Notes: generated by a model not told the origin, from the sequence alone. Numbered from the stretch's first letter, positions 1 to 14,478 are shown. The stretch: 32,000 nucleotides of DNA from Mycoplasma mobile 163K (GCF_000008365.1 NC_006908.1:360001-392000); one strand, 5' to 3'. Made by a program: numbers and translations.

Positions 1-1032
1 TTCTTCATATGAAGAAGTCAAAATAGCAAGAGCTAAACGATCTAATCCCATAGAAGGTTCAATTACATGAGGAATATAAGTTATATTTTCAATTGAATCA
101 AAATAAGATAATTCTTCATTTGTTGCTTTAGAGTGTGAAGACAAATCAAAATCTCCACGATTTGCCACTCCCAAAAGTTCTCCTCAACCAAAATCAAATT
201 TAAATTCAATATCACTTGTAGCACTAGAATAATGAGATAATTCTTCCTTAGCATGTTTTCTAATTTTCAATAAATCTTTTTTAATTCCTAAAAATATCAA
301 AAATTCATAACATTTTTTTAAATAATATTCAAAAGCTTTGTCAGAATCATTAGGATGAACAAAATATTCTAATTCCATTTGTTCAAATTCTCTTGTTCTA
401 AAAATAAAATTACCTGGAGTTACTTCATTTCTAAAACTTTTTCCAATTTGACCAACTCCAAAAGGAATTTTAGTTCTTGTAGTTCTTAAAATATTTTTAA
501 AATTAACAAAAATAGCTTGTGCAGTTTCAGGTCTTAAATAAATTTTATTTTTTGAATCTTCTAAAATTCCTTGATAAGTTTCAAACATTAAATTAAATTT
601 TCTAATACTTGTTCAATCAGTTGCAACTCCTTCGTATTTAGTAATATTTCTTTTAATAAAATTTTCCATTTCGATTTCACTTAAAGTTTCGATTTTCATC
701 AAAGGATCAAATTCTTCAATTAAATGATCAGCACGATATCTTTTGTTATTGATTTTATTTTCAATTAAAGGATCGCTAAAATTTCCAACATGTCCACTAG
801 TTTTCCAAACTTCTGGATTCATTAAAATTTTTGCATCAATTAAGAAGTTGTTTTCTTCATTATGAATAAAATATTTAATTCATTCATTTTTAATATTGTT
901 TAACAAAAGTGAACCTAAAGGTCCATAATCTCATGTATTTGCTAAACCTCCATAGATTTCGCTACCTTGATAGACAAAACCTTGTGTTTTTAAATGATTA
1001 ATTAAATTCACTAATTTATTATTCTTACTCAT
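1..1032 (-). CDS. glyQS: glycine--tRNA ligase (homodimeric class II GlyRS); C-terminal end cut by window edge
   Basis: ATG at 1032..1030. Track ORFs 613..822 and 184..588 and the stretch 1..183 share one frame (low codon position = 1 mod 3) and are joined by in-frame TGA. The N-terminus [40 protein letters not shown], then [18 protein letters not shown], and a C-terminal part ending ...[18 protein letters not shown] are typical of GlyRS. Confidence 0.9.
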
Positions 1033-1120
1033 GCTATTCACTTTTATATAACCTTTATTATTAATTTTTAAAAGAAACTTCTTTTAGTTTTAATTATATT
1101 ATATTTTACTCATTTTGTAT

Positions 1121-1156
1121 TATAAGAAAAACACAAATCACATTGGATTTGTGTTT
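1121..1156 (-). terminator. rho-independent terminator downstream of glpF
   Basis: An 11-bp perfect stem (aaacacaaatc 1129..1139 pairing with gatttgtgttt 1146..1156) has a 6-nt loop. On the minus strand it is followed by a T-rich run (tttcttat). It lies 19 nt after the glpF stop. Confidence 0.6.
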
Positions 1157-1174
1157 AATTAAACAATATAAATT

Positions 1175-1937
1175 TTAATAAAATAATCCTGGAGTTACTA
1201 GCATTCCAACTAAACCACCTACAATAGGCCCAACTGAAGGAATTCAAGAATATGATCAATTTGAAGAACCTTTATTTGGAATTGGTAAAATAGAATGCAA
1301 AATTCTTGGTATTAAATCTCTTGCTGGATTTAATGAATATCCTGTTGTTGAACCTAAAGATACAGCAATACCAAAAATTATTCATCCAACATTAAATGCT
1401 CCTGGTAATGCTCCTGTTATTATTCCTATTGTTGTTGTTGGAGAAGTTACTGAAGAAGTAAAACTTAAAATTAAAACTAAGATAAATGTTGCAATTATTT
1501 CAACATAAAAATTATTTCATTTACTTTTAATTGCAGGACTTGTAAAAAAAGTGGCTCCAACTGCATCAGCATCTTCAGTTGCCTTATAATGATTTCAATA
1601 TAGGGAAATAACAATTAATTGTGCAGCTCCTGCTCCAAGAAATTCAGCTAGAATTGCTATAAAACCAAATTCTATAGGTAAATTTTTGTTAATCATATTT
1701 ATAATTACAAAAACAGGATTAATCATTCCATTAGGTACATTTATATTTCCTAAAGAAGCAACAGAAGTAGAAACCATAACCCCTAAAAATACTGCTGTCA
1801 TTCAACCAAAAGAAGCATATAAAAATCCTTGACCTGTTGCTTTAGTTTTTTTAAGAGCAATAGAAGCAACAACACCATTACCAATTAAAATTAAAATTAG
1901 AGTTCCAATAAATTCAGCACCAAAAAAGATTCCTAAA

Positions 1938-1945
<8 letters not shown>
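1175..1945 (-). CDS. glpF: glycerol uptake facilitator (MIP/aquaporin family)
   Basis: ATG at 1945 and TAA at 1177..1175, 256 aa with several in-frame TGA. The protein is hydrophobic with six or more TM segments. It carries one canonical NPA box (NPAR, in SLNPARD), while the first half-helix motif is divergent (NPV, in MINPVFV). The start overlaps the glpK stop (ATGAATAA). Confidence 0.88.
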
Positions 1946-3470
<1,525 letters not shown>

Positions 3471-3491
3471 ATTTTTTTCCTTTGATTTAAA

Positions 3492-4643
3492 TTAAAAAAT
3501 TACTTCATAATTAGGATTAAAATCTTTTTTATGTTCTAATTTTAATTTTGTTTTTTTAACAAGCTTTTCAATTTCTAATGCAATTGCAGGTGCTGCTGCA
3601 ATTGCTGGAGATTGCATTCCAGCTGCATTAATAAAATTAATATTTTCTTTTGCACTATTAATAATAAAATCATTAGTTGCAATATCAATAGCTCTAGAAC
3701 CTGAAAAAGTTAGTTCAGTTCTTTCAAAATCCAAACTTGGAATTAGTTTCTTACCAATTCGCTCAATAAATTCAAATTTTTCTCTTGTAATTAATCTTGT
3801 ATCATTTTTTTCAACACCATCTTCAGCTGAAGGTCCAGTCATAACTCTTCCATCTAACATAGGAGCTACAACAACACCTTTTCCATGAATTGTTGGAACC
3901 ATAAATAATATTGAATTAACTTTTGACAACTCTGAATTAGATAAAATCCGATATTCTCCTCTTCTTGTTGTTAGCTTGAAATCTGGATATCCTGCAATTT
4001 TTGCAATTTCATCTGAATAATGCCCAGCAGCATTAATAACAACTTTAGCTTGGAGAAAATCCTTATCATTAATTTGAATTGAAAATAAATCATTTTCATA
4101 TTTAATTTTAGTAACTTTACTATTTTTATGAATTTCAACACCATTTTGTTTTGCAACTCCAAAAAATGCTTTTGTTGCTCCGATTGGATCAATTGCTCAA
4201 CTATCATTATAAACAAGTCCGCTTTTAACTTCTTTGTTTACATGTGGTTCTCTACTAATAATTTCATTCATTGAAATTATTTTCATAAATTCTTTGGGCA
4301 CATTATTTTCAAGTCCTCTATCATACAATTTTTTCAATTCTTTTAATTCTTCATCATTAAAAGCTAAAACTAAAGTATCAAGTTTTGCTCGATTAAAAAT
4401 CAAATGCTTAAAAATTTGTTCTTTTCAAATTTTTACGCCTTCAACATTTAACCTGGCCTCAATTTTATGAGGTTCAGGATCAAAACCTCCATGTAAAACT
4501 CCACTATTAGCAGCTGAAGTTTCTCCTGCTAAAATAGGATTTTTTTCTAAAACAGCAATTTTCAAATTGTATTTTGATAACTGATAAGTTATAGCACCTC
4601 CAATTATTCCACCACCTATAACAATAACATCATATTTTTTCAT
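3492..4643 (-). CDS. glpO: FAD-dependent glycerol-3-phosphate oxidase/dehydrogenase (mycoplasma GlpO type, 383 aa)
   Basis: Four track fragments (4425..4643, 4197..4403, a middle piece, 3492..3929) share one frame and are joined by TGA. The N-terminal Rossmann FAD motif is MKKYDVIVIGGGIIGGAITYQLS. The short length and the position upstream of glpK-glpF match mycoplasma GlpO/GlpD. AAAGGAG precedes the ATG. Confidence 0.85.
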
Positions 4644-4665
4644 GAATCTCCTTTATTACTCTTTT

Positions 4666-4671
4666 ATTATA
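4666..4671 (-). promoter_or_regulatory. candidate -10 box (TATAAT) for the glpO-glpK-glpF operon
   Basis: The minus strand reads ttgTATAATaaaagagtaataAAGGAGattcATG, placing TATAAT about 25 nt upstream of the glpO ATG. No clear -35 was seen. AT-rich DNA yields many chance TATAAT matches. Confidence 0.35.
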
Positions 4672-4680
4672 CAATTTTTA

Positions 4681-4727
4681 TTCAAAAACAATATGTTTAT
4701 TATTCAAAATGAATAATAAACATATTG
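4681..4727 (-). terminator. 17-bp perfect inverted repeat hairpin plus T-run (second terminator or operator)
   Basis: caatatgtttattattc (4689..4705) pairs perfectly with gaataataaacatattg (4711..4727) around a 5-nt loop. On the minus strand the hairpin is followed by ttttt. Confidence 0.45.
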
Positions 4728-4730
4728 AGT

Positions 4731-4760
4731 AAATAAAAAAGTGAATAAAAATTCACTTTT
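4731..4760 (-). terminator. rho-independent terminator of the F1-like ATPase operon
   Basis: A 10-bp stem (aaaagtgaat 4737..4746 pairing with attcactttt 4751..4760) has a 4-nt loop. The minus-strand RNA would read AAAAGUGAAU-UUUU-AUUCACUUUU-UUAUUU. It lies 55 nt after the beta-like stop. Confidence 0.6.
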
Positions 4761-4814
4761 TACAAAACAAAACTTTTAAATTTGAATTTTTCTTTTATTT
4801 AATTTCAGATTATT

Positions 4815-7779
<2,965 letters not shown>

Positions 7780-7780
7780 A

Positions 7781-10150
7781 TTAAATAAGTCCTGTAAGTT
7801 GTAAAATAAGAGAAATTAAAATTGCACTTGATATAGTCATTATTGATAAAGAAGTAATAGTTATACCTTTTACAGATTTTAGTTTTATTCCTTTTTTTCT
7901 ATTTACTTGATAGACAATCCCTCCTAATAAAATGATGCTAGCTCCAGTCGCTGCTGAAATTCCATATAAAATGTTTTTTTGTGTTTCTGTTATGATTCTT
8001 AAAATATCTGGAGTTGCACTAATTAGTTCATTTAATTTTTGATCACTTAAATTTTCAAAATTTTCAAATTGTTTAACTAAATTAATTAATTCTTTAGAAT
8101 TTAAAATTGTTTCTAAAGAAATTCCTTCTGAAATTAAATCATTTAATTTTTTTACTGTTTCATTGATATTTTTTTCAAATATTGTAGAATCAAGTCCTTT
8201 TTCATTTAATCTATTTTTTAATTCATTTATCAAATCATTTGTTTTAGAATTGATTGCATTTTCAATTTGTAAAACATCTTCTTTAGTCAAAGTTGAAAAG
8301 CTTGGATTACTGAATAATTCACTCATTTTATCTAAAACTATATTGTAAATATTGTCAAATTGATTTCGAATCGAATTTTTTTTGAATTCTGAAAGACTTG
8401 CTTGAAAATTTGAATTTATTCTAAGTTCATTTCTTGTTTGAAATACTAATTTAGAAAGATGATTTTGATTAAAAAAGGAATTGGAAATTTCTTTTAAAGA
8501 ACTTGATGTATTTAATGAATTTCCATTCAATTTGCTATTTATAGATTTTGTAAAATCTTTAATTGCATTTGTTATTGGCATTAATCCTTTAAAACCTGTC
8601 AAAGTCCTAGAAAAAGATTTAAAAATATTTGGCTCTTTTTTATTAAAAATTGTGTAATCAATCAAAATTGAACCATAATCATTATCTATTTCGGAAATCC
8701 TATTAACTTTTAAAGAATAATTAGGATTTAAAAATTGATCAGGCCCAAAAACTAAATTTAAATTAGAAATTTGTTGAAGAGAACTTAAGGGTGTTGTTTC
8801 TTGATTCGAACCTTTGTAAAGTATATTTACCAATGAATTAACTAAATTTAATTCATTTTCGTTATCATTATTCAAATCTATTTTTCTATTTAAGATAATT
8901 TTAATTTCTTCTGGGGATGATTGAAATCTAATTGAATTTGGAAAAGTGATTTCTCTATTGTTTAAATTAAATTTATTTTTTAGTGTACTATTCTTAAAAA
9001 ATAGATTGAAAGTTAAAATAAATTTTTCAGAATTTTCTGGACTAATTTCTATTTTTGCTAATCTATAATCAACATATTCATTTTCTTTCAAAATTTCAAA
9101 ATCACTTATTCTGTAATCATCTAAATTCTGTTTAACATTTTTTTGATTAATATTTTCAGATTTAAGATTTTCAATAGCACTTCTAAATTGAATGTTCGCA
9201 AATTCTTCAATGCTTCTAAAAATATCTCTCTTTTCAAAATCAATTACTAGAGATTTTTCTTCAATAGCATTATTTAATTTAAATTTTAAATTTAGTCTTA
9301 TCGAAGATCCTATTTTGTCTTTATTTGAATTACCGATTTCTATATCTCTTGTATTGATTATTACATCAATAATTTCAATTGTTATATTTTTATTTGTTAA
9401 ATTAAAAATTATATTAGAGTTATTTAAAAATAAACCATTTATATTTTCAGGGAAAGTTATTTTAGAATCTAAATTAGACTCAATTTCTTTTTTTACTTCT
9501 AACATATCTAAATTTTTATGCTGAAGAATTTTTGAATTTATTGAAATTTTTAATTGTTCAAAAGCCACATTAAATTTTTCTCTAAAAAAAGTTTTTAGAG
9601 AATTTTCAATTTTAGAAACTTCTGATTCAAGAATTGTATTTGATCCAGCAATTTCAGATCCATTTACAGGATAATTGTGTTCATTATTTAAATAAATTTT
9701 TAATTGATTTGATAAATCACTTTTTAAAGTTTCAATTAAAAGTTTTTTTTCTTCATCTGTTAAAGTATTTAAATGTTCTTCATTATTTATATTTAAAACT
9801 TTACTAAATAATTCCATTGAAACTAGCTGCTCCATTTCATTAAAAGAAGTCGAAAATCTTGAATAATTCTCTTCTTTAAATTTATCAATTATTCTTCTAA
9901 AGGCAATCATATTCAATTGATTAGAATTTAAACTGGAATTCAAAAATTCTTGAAATGTATTTGTTATAGAACTATAAATTTCATTTTCTAGAGATGTTGA
10001 TAAAGGAGTTAAATTATTTGATTTTAGACTTTGTATTGAATTATTTTTTGAAGTAGAATTTTGATTGTAAATATTAGAAGAAACAAAAGCTAAAGGTACA
10101 AAACTTGCTATTCCTAAACTTAAAATAATTTTTAATTTTTTATTTTTCAT
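7781..10150 (-). CDS. large membrane protein of the F1-like ATPase cluster (N-terminal signal/anchor plus two C-terminal TM helices; 3 TM)
   Basis: 789 aa with ATG at 10150 preceded by AAAGGAAAA and TAA at 7781. The N-terminus MKNKKLKIILSLGIASFVPLAFVSS is a signal/anchor with no lipobox Cys. The long N/S/K/E-rich central region probably lies outside the cell. The C-terminus carries two hydrophobic helices (ILYGISAATGASIILLGGIVYQV and ITITSLSIMTISSAILISLILQLTGLI). It ends 1 nt before the alpha-like ATG. Confidence 0.75.
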   Translation of the reverse strand: MKNKKLKIILSLGIASFVPLAFVSSNIYNQNSTSKNNSIQSLKSNNLTPLSTSLENEIYSSITNTFQEFLNSSLNSNQLNMIAFRRIIDKFKEENYSRFSTSFNEMEQLVSMELFSKVLNINNEEHLNTLTDEEKKLLIETLKSDLSNQLKIYLNNEHNYPVNGSEIAGSNTILESEVSKIENSLKTFFREKFNVAFEQLKISINSKILQHKNLDMLEVKKEIESNLDSKITFPENINGLFLNNSNIIFNLTNKNITIEIIDVIINTRDIEIGNSNKDKIGSSIRLNLKFKLNNAIEEKSLVIDFEKRDIFRSIEEFANIQFRSAIENLKSENINQKNVKQNLDDYRISDFEILKENEYVDYRLAKIEISPENSEKFILTFNLFFKNSTLKNKFNLNNREITFPNSIRFQSSPEEIKIILNRKIDLNNDNENELNLVNSLVNILYKGSNQETTPLSSLQQISNLNLVFGPDQFLNPNYSLKVNRISEIDNDYGSILIDYTIFNKKEPNIFKSFSRTLTGFKGLMPITNAIKDFTKSINSKLNGNSLNTSSSLKEISNSFFNQNHLSKLVFQTRNELRINSNFQASLSEFKKNSIRNQFDNIYNIVLDKMSELFSNPSFSTLTKEDVLQIENAINSKTNDLINELKNRLNEKGLDSTIFEKNINETVKKLNDLISEGISLETILNSKELINLVKQFENFENLSDQKLNELISATPDILRIITETQKNILYGISAATGASIILLGGIVYQVNRKKGIKLKSVKGITITSLSIMTISSAILISLILQLTGLI

Positions 10151-10682
10151 AATTTTCCTTTTTATTTATAATTCATCCATTTTTGTACAAAAGAAAATTC
10201 ATTTCATATTCTCTTTTAGAATTACTTAGCAAAATAATTTCTTCACCAGTAAGTCCTAAACTGATTTTATTATTTAATTTTTCAAGTAATTTTTTTGATT
10301 TTTTAAGCTTATTTTTGAGAAATTCATTTTTACCTTTTTTTAACAAAAAAATCTTATCATTTCCTTTGACTTCTATTTTATCATTTTTGACAATTATTAA
10401 GTTGTTTGAAAAGAAAAATGCATTCATAATTCTATTTTCATTATCAATAATATAAACAATTGCTGCATTTAAAGAAAAAACTGAATTTTTCATAATATAA
10501 AACATTGGTTTTTTAAATTCTTTAATGCTAACTATAACATTTTGAAATTCAAATTTTTCACCTGTTTCTAAATCGATTTTTAGATTAAATAAGGTTTTAT
10601 TCTTATGAATTCTATTTTTTAAAAATTCTATTAGTTTCATTTTTTCCTTATTTGTTATTTTGACTTGCCAAAATAATTTCAT
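10140..10682 (-). CDS. small soluble protein of the F1-like ATPase cluster, possible epsilon-like subunit
   Basis: Track ORF 10173..10682 ends in TGA and reads on to TAA at 10142..10140 (180 aa if the start is 10682). An alternative start, ATG 10640 (MKLIEF...), sits behind AAGGA and avoids a 35-nt overlap with the upstream gene. The 3' end overlaps the next ATG by 11 nt. The epsilon assignment rests only on gene position, size and predicted beta-rich N-terminal half plus helical K-rich C-terminal half. Confidence 0.6.
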
Positions 10683-11508
10683 CTGTTAATTGTTTTCTTT
10701 TATTGCTTATTTCTACAAATTTTAATTCATCAATTTTTTCTTCAATATTTTTCAATAAATCATTTTGTTTTGCATATTTTTGTTTAACTGTATAAAAACG
10801 AGACTCTGAAATTAAAGCTGATAGTATATTTGTTAAATAGCTATATACAATGTTTTTGTTCACTTCTAAAATCGAAGGGTAAAATTTATAATTGGAAATA
10901 TCTTCATCTTTTTCATGTTCATAATTACTTACTTCTAATTCTAATTCTTTAATTGGTAAGACAGTAACTATTTTGTCTTTTGTTTTATTTGTGTTCAAAA
11001 CAAATTTAATAGCTTTAGCATTTCCATTAACATAAATAGAATATAAAATGGTATTTAAATTTTCTACAAGATTTTCAGATTTATTATCTTTAAATTCGAT
11101 AAGAGAATTTATTTGATTTTCCTTAGCAAATTTTATTGCATCTTCACCAATTGGGATAAAAATATCATTTTTCTTATCAAATTTTGCAAGTAATTCTTTG
11201 TTCAAACTTTCATATGAAAAAGAATTGATTTCATACTCTTCCGTCAAATAAAATCACAACACTGTTTCCTTAGCAATTTTTCTTTTTGAATTCTTTTCCT
11301 TGTTTTTATTAAAAAATACATTTTCAAAATTATATTTTTTTTCAAAATATTCCATCAAGTCTCTATAAAATAAAGCATTTTCAAATCTGTTCAAAAAATT
11401 CTTATTAAATTTTGCAATTTCAGCAAGAGATTTTAATTTGCTTACTTTAATTAAAGAGTGAATTTTTTTCAAAGTTAAAATTTTTTTTGAATTACTTCCT
11501 ATTTTCAT
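10648..11508 (-). CDS. gamma-subunit-like protein of the F1-like ATPase cluster
   Basis: Track ORFs 11254..11508 and 10648..11247 share one frame and are joined by TGA (286 aa, the size of F1 gamma). The N-terminal helix (KKILTLKKIHSLIKVSKLKSLAEIAKFNK) and the C-terminal helix (…ISNKRKQLTDEIILASQ, compare gamma N-x-R-Q-x-x-I-T-x-E-I) resemble the gamma coiled coil. The similarity is weak and judged by eye only. Confidence 0.6.
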
Positions 11509-12040
11509 TTTTTAATAGCACCTTTTCAGAAAAAAGAATTTTATAACTTTCGTTTTCACTTTTTGTAATAATAAATTTATCAAAAAAATTTATTCCAAAT
11601 CCATTTGAAATTTCAACTTTTACTAATTTTTGAAAATTAGTAAATAAATTATTTTCATTTTTCAAATCAAGACTTATTAAAGAAGATTCATTTGAAGTTT
11701 TATTTTCTAAAACAGGAAAAGCTATTAAATCATTTTTTGCAGATTGTCAAGTAATTATGAAATCTAATTTATCAAAAATTAAAACTTTTCTCGAGTTAAT
11801 TCCATTTTCTAATTTTTCTAAAAATAATTCATATAAATTAGACTCATTTTTCTCATTTGCAATGATAAGCAGGTTTGTCTTAAAATTTTCAACATTTTGA
11901 ACAGGGGATTTTTCTTTATATTCATTAAAATGACTTATAGAAATCGAAACCAATTCATTATGTTTAACAAATTTATTTACTTTTTTCCCCTTTATAAATT
12001 CTAAAATTTTCTTTATTATGTTATTTTTATTTGAGTTCAT
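11492..12040 (-). CDS. hypothetical soluble protein, second gene of the F1-like ATPase cluster
   Basis: Track ORF 11747..12040 ends in TGA and continues in frame to TAA at 11494..11492 (182 aa). The ATG at 12040 lies 3 nt after the stop of the 12-TM gene. The 3' end overlaps the gamma-like ATG by 17 nt. I recognised no motif. Confidence 0.6.
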
Positions 12041-12043
12041 TTT

Positions 12044-13453
12044 TTATCCTTTTATTTTTATATCTTTTTCATAAATGTTTTTGTAATTTTTTGTAATTTT
12101 TCAGAATTTTGTTAAAACTACTAAAAAAGCAATTAAAGACACTATAGATATAATTACATATATTAAAAAGTGAATCCCGCCTAAATTAATAAGGATGCTT
12201 TCAAATTGTCTAAAAATATTGAAAAAAATATTTAATATAATAGCCAAATCAATTATAAGTAATAAACTTGAAAATAGAAAAATTATAAATTTACTAATCA
12301 AAGGTTTTTGCAAAGCAAAAATTATAAATAAAAAAGAAGTTGAAAAAACAGCAATTATAAAAATGAAAGTCCCAATTATGCTTTGTAAATCAAAAGTAAT
12401 ATTAATTATTATTAAAGAGAATCAAATAAGAGAAATAAATGTAGTCAAAACTAATGACCTAACAATACTAGATTTTAATTCTTCTCTACCAAGACGAACA
12501 TAAGCAATAAAAATTAGGACAAGTATTATATTTAAAATCAAAAACAATCATGTTGTAAAACTACCAAAAATTTGATTAAAATTAACCACATTTTGTGTAT
12601 TAAAAAGATTATTTGCTCAAGCATAGGAAAATCAAATAATTGCTCCAAGCACAAAAACTGAACTAAATATAAAAGAGTTATATTTATATTTTTTTTCTAT
12701 ATTAACATATTTAAAAGTATGAACAATCAAAGGTATTTGGAAAATAAATATTACAATAAATAAAACAATTTTCCAAAATATATCAATTGGTGTTGTTAGT
12801 AAAAATCAATTATAAAATCCAAAATTTACTATATTTAATTCTTGTGTAGTATCTGTTAAAATTAAAAAATTCCAAAAAATTCCAATTATAAAAAATAAAG
12901 AACTAACATAAGAAATATAAGAAAATAATTTAAAAAAAGTGTTTCTAGATAGAATAGGATCTGTTTTTTTGGTGTTAATATAAATATATAAATCAAGAAA
13001 AAAATTAATTATTGTTAATCCTAATACCCAAAATAAAGCATAAATTAATCCAAAATAGGTTTTTAATGGAACAAAATAAAAATTGAATATCTGTGCAGCT
13101 AATGAAAATACTAGCAAAAAAATCATTCATATTCAAAAAAGACCAAATCTATCTATTAAGTTTTCAATGTAATTTAACATTTTAGATAAAAAGAAATAAG
13201 TAGCAAAACTCATTATAGCACTATTTACTAAATTAGGGATTGTTTGAAAAAGAGAAACTCCATTTGTTCCTTCAATTGATAAATTAGTTTGAAGTAAAAA
13301 ATCTCCTCAAAAAAATCAAGTAAATAATGAAATCATTAAAATTCATAAAATTATCACAATTTTGTAAATGAAAATAGTTCTCTCTCTTTTTTTAAAAGAA
13401 AATTTTTCAATATCAATATTTCTAAATGTTTTTGATAATTTCGAATCTATCAT
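12044..13453 (-). CDS. polytopic membrane protein (about 12 TM), first gene of the F1-like ATPase cluster
   Basis: ATG at 13453. Track ORFs 12806..13126 and 12101..12313 are in the same frame, with many in-frame TGA. The apparent stop at 12101 is TGA, and the real TAA is at 12046..12044 (469 aa). About 12 hydrophobic segments are visible, rich in F/I/L/W. I saw no similarity to the F0 a or c subunits. Confidence 0.75.
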
Positions 13454-13540
13454 TTTATTATTATAATATAAACACTTTAATTTTTAATCATGTTCCATTA
13501 TTTTCATAAGTATTTAAAATTATTTTCTATAATTAAAATA

Positions 13541-14020
13541 ATGGAAACTAAAAAAATTTTAATTGTCGCAAGAACATATTCTAATCGAAAATTATTGGAA
13601 GAAATAATAAAAAAAGAATCTCCTAATTTTTTGATTCATGCAGGAAATCACGAAGAAGAAATTGGATATATGGAAAAATATTTTAACCAATTTGTAAATG
13701 GAGAAAATGATAATTTTGATACAGATTTATCAAAAATTTTTAATGTATTTAATTTTTCTTTTCATTTAGAGTCTAATTTAAATTTAATAAAAATCACAAG
13801 ATCGAATATAGAAAAATATACATCAGATTTAGCAATTAAATCTGGATCTAAATTTTTTATTTTTTCAAATAGTGATGAGCCAAGTGTAAAAAATGAAGGA
13901 ACAATTTTTATTTTAAATCCCGGTTCTATTGTAAAAAGTGTTTGGAATAAATTTATTGGGTCATATATTTTAGTTTTTATTAATGGAGAATCTATCTCAG
14001 TTTTTTTAAAAAATATATAG
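13541..14020 (+). CDS. YfcE/MJ0936-like metallophosphoesterase-fold protein with degenerate metal-binding motifs
   Basis: The track ORF starts at 13490, but family-like alignment begins at METKKILIV (ATG 13541), and a TATAAT at 13528..13533 would make the mRNA nearly leaderless. The stop is TAG at 14020. The family pattern is retained (KILIV..., FLIHAGN, VNGEND, ILNPGS), but the usual D-x-H, GD and GN-x-D ligands are replaced. Confidence 0.55.
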   Translation: METKKILIVARTYSNRKLLEEIIKKESPNFLIHAGNHEEEIGYMEKYFNQFVNGENDNFDTDLSKIFNVFNFSFHLESNLNLIKITRSNIEKYTSDLAIKSGSKFFIFSNSDEPSVKNEGTIFILNPGSIVKSVWNKFIGSYILVFINGESISVFLKNI

Positions 14021-14071
14021 TTTTTATTTTGTTTGAATTATTAAAATAAAATATAAAAAATAAAAAAGTTT

Positions 14072-14080
14072 TGCTATAAT
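14072..14080 (+). promoter_or_regulatory. extended -10 promoter (TGcTATAAT) for rplU-rpmA
   Basis: ttgcTATAAT lies at 14071..14080, about 95 nt upstream of the rplU ATG. The RBS AAGGAG is at 14166..14171. Two small hairpins lie in the leader (gttac/gtaac at 14087..14101, cacc/ggtg at 14144..14156). Confidence 0.5.
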
Positions 14081-14175
14081 TTAAATGTTACTTTTTGTAA
14101 CCATTCTAAACAGGTAAAAAAGACTATATTCATTATGAATAAGCACCTTAAGGGTGAGCCACAATAAGGAGAAAA

Positions 14176-14475
14176 ATGTTTGCAATTATTGAAACAGGTG
14201 GAAAGCAAATTCTTGTAAAAAAAGATGATTTCATTTTTATTGAAAAAATTGAAGGTGAAGCAGGTCAAAATGTAGTTTTTGATAAAGTACTTTTAGTTGA
14301 TGATAAAATTGGAACTCCCTTTTTAAAGAATGCTACTGTAACTGGTATTATAGAAAAGCAAGGTAAACAAAAAAAGATTGTTGTTTATCGTCATAATGCC
14401 AAATCAACTCACAAAAGAAAATTAGGGCACCGTCAGCCTTATACTAGAGTAAAAATTTTAGAAATTAAAGGATAA
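14176..14475 (+). CDS. rplU: 50S ribosomal protein L21
   Basis: 99 aa. MFAIIETGGKQILVKKDD...VVYRHNAKSTHKRKLGHRQPYTRVKI is the canonical L21 sequence pattern. It has a strong RBS and a TAA stop. Confidence 0.97.
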   Translation: MFAIIETGGKQILVKKDDFIFIEKIEGEAGQNVVFDKVLLVDDKIGTPFLKNATVTGIIEKQGKQKKIVVYRHNAKSTHKRKLGHRQPYTRVKILEIKG

Positions 14476-14478
14476 GAA

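Noticed and set aside
3971-4216. Minus-strand alternative-frame ORFs inside glpO (3971..4216) and inside the 654-aa repeat gene (21335..21580).
   Set aside because: They overlap the conserved GlpO reading frame or the repeat-protein frame in a different phase. Their sequences (M/I/K/L/Q-rich) look like frame artefacts.
10640-10682. Start-codon choice for the epsilon-like gene: ATG 10682 gives a 35-nt overlap with the gamma-like gene.
   Set aside because: This is not resolved. I kept the longest ORF coordinates, but ATG 10640 behind AAGGA and just after the gamma-like stop is at least as plausible. I did not report it as a separate feature.
14022-14060. A possible terminator hairpin lies after the phosphoesterase-like gene (ttttatttt ... 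aaaataaaa).
   Set aside because: The stem is 9 bp of A/T only and the loop is 12 nt. That is too weak, and too likely by chance in this base composition, to call.
13454-14175. I looked for MIB/MIP (immunoglobulin-binding protein and protease) genes flanking the F1-like ATPase cluster, and considered whether the giant repeat protein at 28142..32000 could be one.
   Set aside because: The flanks encode glpO on one side and a phosphoesterase-like gene plus rplU on the other. The giant protein shows no serine-protease-like motif and is 14 kb away. Absence from this window does not exclude the genes elsewhere in the genome.
14074-14268. A 64-aa minus-strand ORF spans the rplU promoter, leader and 5' end.
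   Set aside because: It overlaps the canonical L21 start and its RBS on the opposite strand, has no RBS of its own, and is not a plausible protein.
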